Assembly (NCBI GenBank): GCA_948434005.1
Contig: CAOJEH010000001.1
Coordinates: forward strand, 155,880-219,879
Direction of reading: 5' to 3'
Length of the DNA stretch: 64,000 nucleotides
DNA from: an uncultured Mycoplasmatota bacterium
GTDB taxonomy: Bacteria > Bacillota_I > Bacilli_A > RF39 > UBA660
Within the stretch, counting starts at the first letter, position 1, and every line of letters starts with the position of its first letter. A model generated the notes under the pieces. It was not told where the DNA came from. It saw only the letters and a program-made list of their open reading frames with translations, and searched no databases. Both the position numbers and the translations under genes were made by a program. Of this stretch, positions 60,021 through 64,000 are shown piece after piece.

Positions 60021-60188
60021 TATTTATTAACATAATTTTAATATCACATTTTAGTATTAATAATTATATAAGAACGATTATTTAAAAATTGCTCTTATTT
60101 TTTTGCTATAAATTTATTAATTTTTTTATTCTTTGTGTGTATGAAAAAAGTAAGTTTTATAGTATAATATATTAGGAGGAGTGATTAG

Positions 60189-61367
60189 ATGAAGATTATA
60201 TCAATAAATGCAGGAAGTACTACCTTAAAATTTCAATTATTCAATATGGATAATGAAGAAGTAATAGTTAAAGGTTTATTTGAAAGGATAGGAATTGATG
60301 GAAGTCAATATACATTAAAATATAATGGAGAAAAAATAGAAGAACAAGTAGATTTACCAAATCATACTGAAGCAGTTAATATTTTATTAGATAAACTAAT
60401 ATCTCTAAATATTATAAAATCTTTAGATGAGATTGATGGTGTAGGACATAGAGTTGTTCAAGGTGGAGATAAATATGATTCATCAGTTATAATTACAGAA
60501 GATGTAATTAATGATATAGAAAATTTAAAGGAGCTAGCTCCACTTCATAATCCAGCAGGATTACTTGGAATAAGAGCTTTTAAAGAAGCATTACCAGATG
60601 TTAAAATGGTAGCAGTTTTTGATACTGCATTCCATCAAACTATGCCTAGGGAAAGCTATTTATATCCAGTTCCTTATGATTGGTACAAAAACTATAGAGT
60701 TAGAAAATATGGATTCCATGGAACAAGTCATAGATATATAGTAGAAAAGGTAAAAGAATTAACAGGTAAAGATGACTTAAAAGTAATAAGTTGTCATATT
60801 GGTGGAGGAGCATCAATTGCTGCAGTAGATGGAGGAAAATGTATCGATACTACTATGGGATTTACTCCTTTAGCAGGAATAATGATGGGAACTAGATCTG
60901 GTGATATTGATCCTTCAATAATTCCATATATTATGGAAAAAGAAGGTAAAAATGCTAGTGAAGTTATCGATGACTTAAATAAAAAATCAGGACTTCTTGG
61001 TATGAGTCAAGTAAGTTCAGACTATAGAGATATTCAAAAAGGTATGAGTGAAGGTGATGATAGCTGTATACTAGCTAATGATAAAATGATAAAAACAATT
61101 GTTGGTTATATTGCTAATTACTATGTTTTATTAGGAGGAGCTGACGTTATAACCTTTACTGCAGGGCTTGCAGAAAATAGTGTTGCCTTAAGAGCAACAA
61201 TAATTGAGAAACTATCTTGTCTTGGAATCAAAGTAGATGATGAAGCAAATAGTACCAATGGTGAGATTAGAAAGATTAGTGCTGAAGATTCAAGTACTTT
61301 AGTATATGTAATTCCAACAGATGAGGAATTAATGATAGCAAGAGATACATTGAGTTTAGTAAAATAG
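60189..61367 (+). CDS. ackA: Acetate kinase
   Basis: N-terminal ISINAGSTTLKFQLF and GFHGTSH motifs. 392 aa. Confidence 0.92.
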   Translation: MKIISINAGSTTLKFQLFNMDNEEVIVKGLFERIGIDGSQYTLKYNGEKIEEQVDLPNHTEAVNILLDKLISLNIIKSLDEIDGVGHRVVQGGDKYDSSVIITEDVINDIENLKELAPLHNPAGLLGIRAFKEALPDVKMVAVFDTAFHQTMPRESYLYPVPYDWYKNYRVRKYGFHGTSHRYIVEKVKELTGKDDLKVISCHIGGGASIAAVDGGKCIDTTMGFTPLAGIMMGTRSGDIDPSIIPYIMEKEGKNASEVIDDLNKKSGLLGMSQVSSDYRDIQKGMSEGDDSCILANDKMIKTIVGYIANYYVLLGGADVITFTAGLAENSVALRATIIEKLSCLGIKVDDEANSTNGEIRKISAEDSSTLVYVIPTDEELMIARDTLSLVK

Positions 61368-61375
61368 GTATAAAT

Positions 61376-62338
61376 ATGTTTAAACAAATTTTTAAAGAAA
61401 TAAAAAAATACAATAATATTGTAATTGCAAGGCACGTTGGAGTAGATCCAGATGCTATGGCAAGTCAAATAGCATTAAGAGATTCTATTAAATTAACATT
61501 TCCAGAAAAGAAAGTAATTGCAGTAGGAACAGGTAGTTCTAAATTTAGATTTATTGGAGATTTAGATAAATTCGAAGAAATGGAAGATTCTCTTCTAATT
61601 ATAGTTGATACACCGGATATGAAAAGAGTAGATATACCCACTTTAGAAGGATTTAAATATAAAATAAAAATAGATCATCATCCATTTATTGAAGAGTTTT
61701 GTGATATTGAATATATAGAAGATACTGCATCATCAGCTGCAGAAATAATAATGAAAATAATAGAAGATACTAAGTTAGAATGTAATGAGATGATAGCAAG
61801 AACTTTATTTATTGGACTTGCATCAGATTCTAATAGATTTTTATTTAATACATGTAGTCCAAAAACATTTAGTTTAGTCTCTACATATTTAGATAAATAT
61901 AAATTTGACCTTCAAAGTATTTATCAAGAAATGTATAAAAGGCCTATAAAAGAAGTTAAATTTGAAGGATTTATTTCAAATAACATAGAGCTGACTGAAA
62001 ATGGTGTTGCCTATATGAAGATTACCGATCAGATGATAAATGATTATGGAGTTGATTCAGCCTCAGCAGGTAATATGGTTAATGATTTTAACTTTATCGA
62101 AGAAGCTCTTGTCTGGATGACAATTACTGAGGATAAAAAAAATGAGATGATTAGGGTCTCTATAAGATCACGTGGACCTGAAATAAATAAAGTAGCTGAA
62201 AAACATCATGGTGGTGGACATAAAATGGCTAGTGGGGTTAAACTTACAACCTTTGATGAAGCTATGTTAGTGGTTGAAGATTTAGATAAAGTTTGTAAAA
62301 AATATAAGAAAGATAATAATCTATCTAAGGAGGATTAA
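61376..62338 (+). CDS. nrnA: DHH/DHHA1 phosphoesterase (NrnA-like nanoRNase/pAp phosphatase)
   Basis: ARHVGVDPDAMAS (DHH motif I/II region), DHH (KIDHHP) and GGGH (DHHA1) motifs. 320 aa. Confidence 0.75.
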   Translation: MFKQIFKEIKKYNNIVIARHVGVDPDAMASQIALRDSIKLTFPEKKVIAVGTGSSKFRFIGDLDKFEEMEDSLLIIVDTPDMKRVDIPTLEGFKYKIKIDHHPFIEEFCDIEYIEDTASSAAEIIMKIIEDTKLECNEMIARTLFIGLASDSNRFLFNTCSPKTFSLVSTYLDKYKFDLQSIYQEMYKRPIKEVKFEGFISNNIELTENGVAYMKITDQMINDYGVDSASAGNMVNDFNFIEEALVWMTITEDKKNEMIRVSIRSRGPEINKVAEKHHGGGHKMASGVKLTTFDEAMLVVEDLDKVCKKYKKDNNLSKED

Positions 62339-62339
62339 T

Positions 62340-62936
62340 ATGGAAGTAAAAAAAGCCGATTTAGAAGTTATCGCAACACGCCGTAGTCAATATCCAGATA
62401 TGTCAAAACCAGAATTTTTATTAGTTGGTAGAAGTAATGTAGGTAAAAGTAGTTTTATTAATACACTTTTAAAAAGAAAAAATCTTGCTCATACTTCAGG
62501 TAGACCAGGTAAAACTAAGACTCTTAATTTCTATTCAGTTAATGATGAAATTTATTTGATTGACGTTCCAGGATATGGATATGCTCAAGTAGATAAAAAA
62601 ACTCAAGCTAAATTTGGTATGATGATAGAAGAATATTTAGAAACTAGAGAACAATTACAAAGAGTGTTTTTACTTGTAGATTTTAGACATAAACCAAGTG
62701 AAGATGATCAACTTATGTATAATTTTCTTAAATATTATAAAGTTCCTGTAACAATAATTGCAACTAAAGCAGATAAAGTAGGAAATAGTAAAAAAGAAAA
62801 AAACCTACAATTAATAAAAGATACTATGGACTTAGTAGTAGGAGATGACTTAATACTATTCTCTAGTGTAACTAAACTAGGTGTAGATCAAGTATTACAG
62901 AGAATAGATGAGGTAGTAAGAACAAATACAATATAA
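62340..62936 (+). CDS. engB: Ribosome-biogenesis GTPase YihA/YsxC (EngB)
   Basis: G1 GRSNVGKSS, G3 DVPGYG, G4 TKADK. 198 aa. Confidence 0.85.
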   Translation: MEVKKADLEVIATRRSQYPDMSKPEFLLVGRSNVGKSSFINTLLKRKNLAHTSGRPGKTKTLNFYSVNDEIYLIDVPGYGYAQVDKKTQAKFGMMIEEYLETREQLQRVFLLVDFRHKPSEDDQLMYNFLKYYKVPVTIIATKADKVGNSKKEKNLQLIKDTMDLVVGDDLILFSSVTKLGVDQVLQRIDEVVRTNTI

Positions 62937-62958
62937 GAACCAATAGGTTCTTTTTTTC
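62936..62958 (+). terminator. Rho-independent terminator after engB
   Basis: agaacc aata ggttct followed by ttttttt. Confidence 0.65.
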
Positions 62959-62980
62959 ATATTATATTATGGGTGGTCTA

Positions 62981-63439
62981 ATGAGGGTAGAAAAGGTAAA
63001 TGATGATTTGATTAATGTCTATTTTAATCCATTTTATTTTAAAGATATTGATTTAAATAATAAAATGGAGTTAGTAGATGTTATAAAGGGACTGATAAAA
63101 AAAGTAGAAGTTAGATATAAATTATTTTTATCAGGATTTTATAAAATAAAAGTATATCCTAGTCAAAAATTAGGAGTTTTTCTAAATATTATTAAAATAG
63201 ACGATAATGAGTTTTCTAATACTACAAATTTTAGAATAGTTATATATCCAAATGAGAAGTTTTATTTAGAAACAGAGTTTTATGAATTGTTTGATAATGT
63301 AAAAAAGAGATACTGTAATAATAAATTTTATATTGATAGTGAAGATATAGAAAATATAGATTCTATTTCAGATATGATAAATGTAATATATGGTAATGAA
63401 GTTAAAGATTTAATTAGTAATTCTATAATTATAAAATAA
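62981..63439 (+). CDS. Hypothetical protein; N-terminus weakly resembles the MecA adaptor N-domain
   Basis: MRVEKVNDDLINVYF... compared with MecA M.IERIN..T.KF. 152 aa. Low confidence. Confidence 0.3.
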   Translation: MRVEKVNDDLINVYFNPFYFKDIDLNNKMELVDVIKGLIKKVEVRYKLFLSGFYKIKVYPSQKLGVFLNIIKIDDNEFSNTTNFRIVIYPNEKFYLETEFYELFDNVKKRYCNNKFYIDSEDIENIDSISDMINVIYGNEVKDLISNSIIIK

Positions 63440-63462
63440 AAAAAAGAGGTTTCCCTCCAATT

Positions 63463-64000
63463 TTATATAACTATAGCTATCATATTATTTGAACCTTTAT
63501 TTACTACTTTGGTTAGAGTTTGTTGAAGTTTTAATCTAATGTTATCTGGCATTAGATTTATTTTTGATTGAATACCTTCTTGTACAATATTATCTAGGCT
63601 CCTACCAAATATTTCGCTATTCCAAATACTCTTAGGATCTGTTTTATAATCTTTCATTAAATAGTCAATTAACTCTTTACTTTGAACTTCACTACCTATT
63701 ATTGGTTCAAATGTTGATTCTACATCTACTCTAATCATATGAATAGAAGGTGCGATGGCTTTTAGTTTAACACCGTATCTAGGTCCTTGTTTAACAACTT
63801 CAGGTGTATTTAGTTTCATATCATCAAGTGATGGAACAGCTACACCATATCCAGTTTGTTTAACCATTTTTAAAGCGTATTTTATTTGATCATATTCTTT
63901 TTTAGCAATATTAAAGTCTTGGAATAATGATAATAAATCAGCTTTATTCTTAACATCAACATTAATAATTTCTGTAAGAGTTTCATTATATAAGTTTGAC
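63463..64000 (-). CDS. spoIVA: C-terminal part of a stage IV sporulation protein A (SpoIVA)-like protein; gene start lies beyond the window end
   Basis: The reading frame is open to the window edge. C-terminus ...IWNSEIFGRSLDNIVQEGIQSKINLMPDNIRLKLQQTLTKVVNKGSNNMIAIVI resembles the conserved SpoIVA C-terminal region. Confidence 0.45.
   Translation of the reverse strand, partial: SNLYNETLTEIINVDVKNKADLLSLFQDFNIAKKEYDQIKYALKMVKQTGYGVAVPSLDDMKLNTPEVVKQGPRYGVKLKAIAPSIHMIRVDVESTFEPIIGSEVQSKELIDYLMKDYKTDPKSIWNSEIFGRSLDNIVQEGIQSKINLMPDNIRLKLQQTLTKVVNKGSNNMIAIVI

Noticed and set aside
63463-63867. Track ORF treated as a complete 134-aa gene
   Set aside because: The frame stays open upstream to the window edge at 64000. 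It is the C-terminal part of a larger (SpoIVA-like) gene that starts outside the window.

Overview
This is a 64-kb, very AT-rich window (roughly 25% GC by eye) from a low-GC Gram-positive bacterium that uses the standard genetic code. The gene content points to an endospore-forming Firmicute, most likely a Clostridium-like organism. Supporting genes are WhiA/YvcK, ClpP, an alpha/beta-type SASP, Cse60-like, YjcZ-like and SpoVB-like proteins, a SpoIVA-like C-terminus, a sortase with a substrate, FemAB, and two T-box leaders. Most genes are on the + strand, and local order (ezrA, thiI, SASP, rpsD, tyrS, ackA, ytxG/ytxH) echoes the Bacillus yt-region. Housekeeping content includes glycolysis (gap, pgk, tpi), fhs, ackA, leuS, tyrS, rpsD, trmB, thiI, nrnA, engB, ezrA, one tRNA-Asn and many intrinsic terminators. 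No CRISPR array, integrase, prophage or obvious restriction or defence module was recognised. The items that deserve follow-up are: (1) a leucyl-tRNA synthetase that carries a complete canonical Nudix box on a ~147-aa insertion, in a T-box operon with a translationally coupled small membrane protein and an ApaH/PrpE-like phosphoesterase; (2) a second T-box operon that places a CYTH (triphosphate tunnel) protein immediately upstream of tyrS, overlapping its start; (3) a four-gene operon encoding a transglutaminase-like protein, a 5'-nucleotidase::nucleoside-hydrolase fusion, and two tandem short histidine phosphatases, with a third paralog 4 kb away coupled to a 7-repeat beta-propeller-like membrane protein; (4) tandem paralogs downstream of the SASP gene that share an invariant 24-aa C-terminal tail despite synonymous DNA divergence; (5) a thioester-domain-like surface adhesin with its own sortase; (6) a 2-hydroxyacid dehydrogenase interrupted by a single in-frame TGA; (7) glycolipid-type genes inserted between pgk and tpi. 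All functional calls are from reading motifs in the translations by eye. No database search was run.
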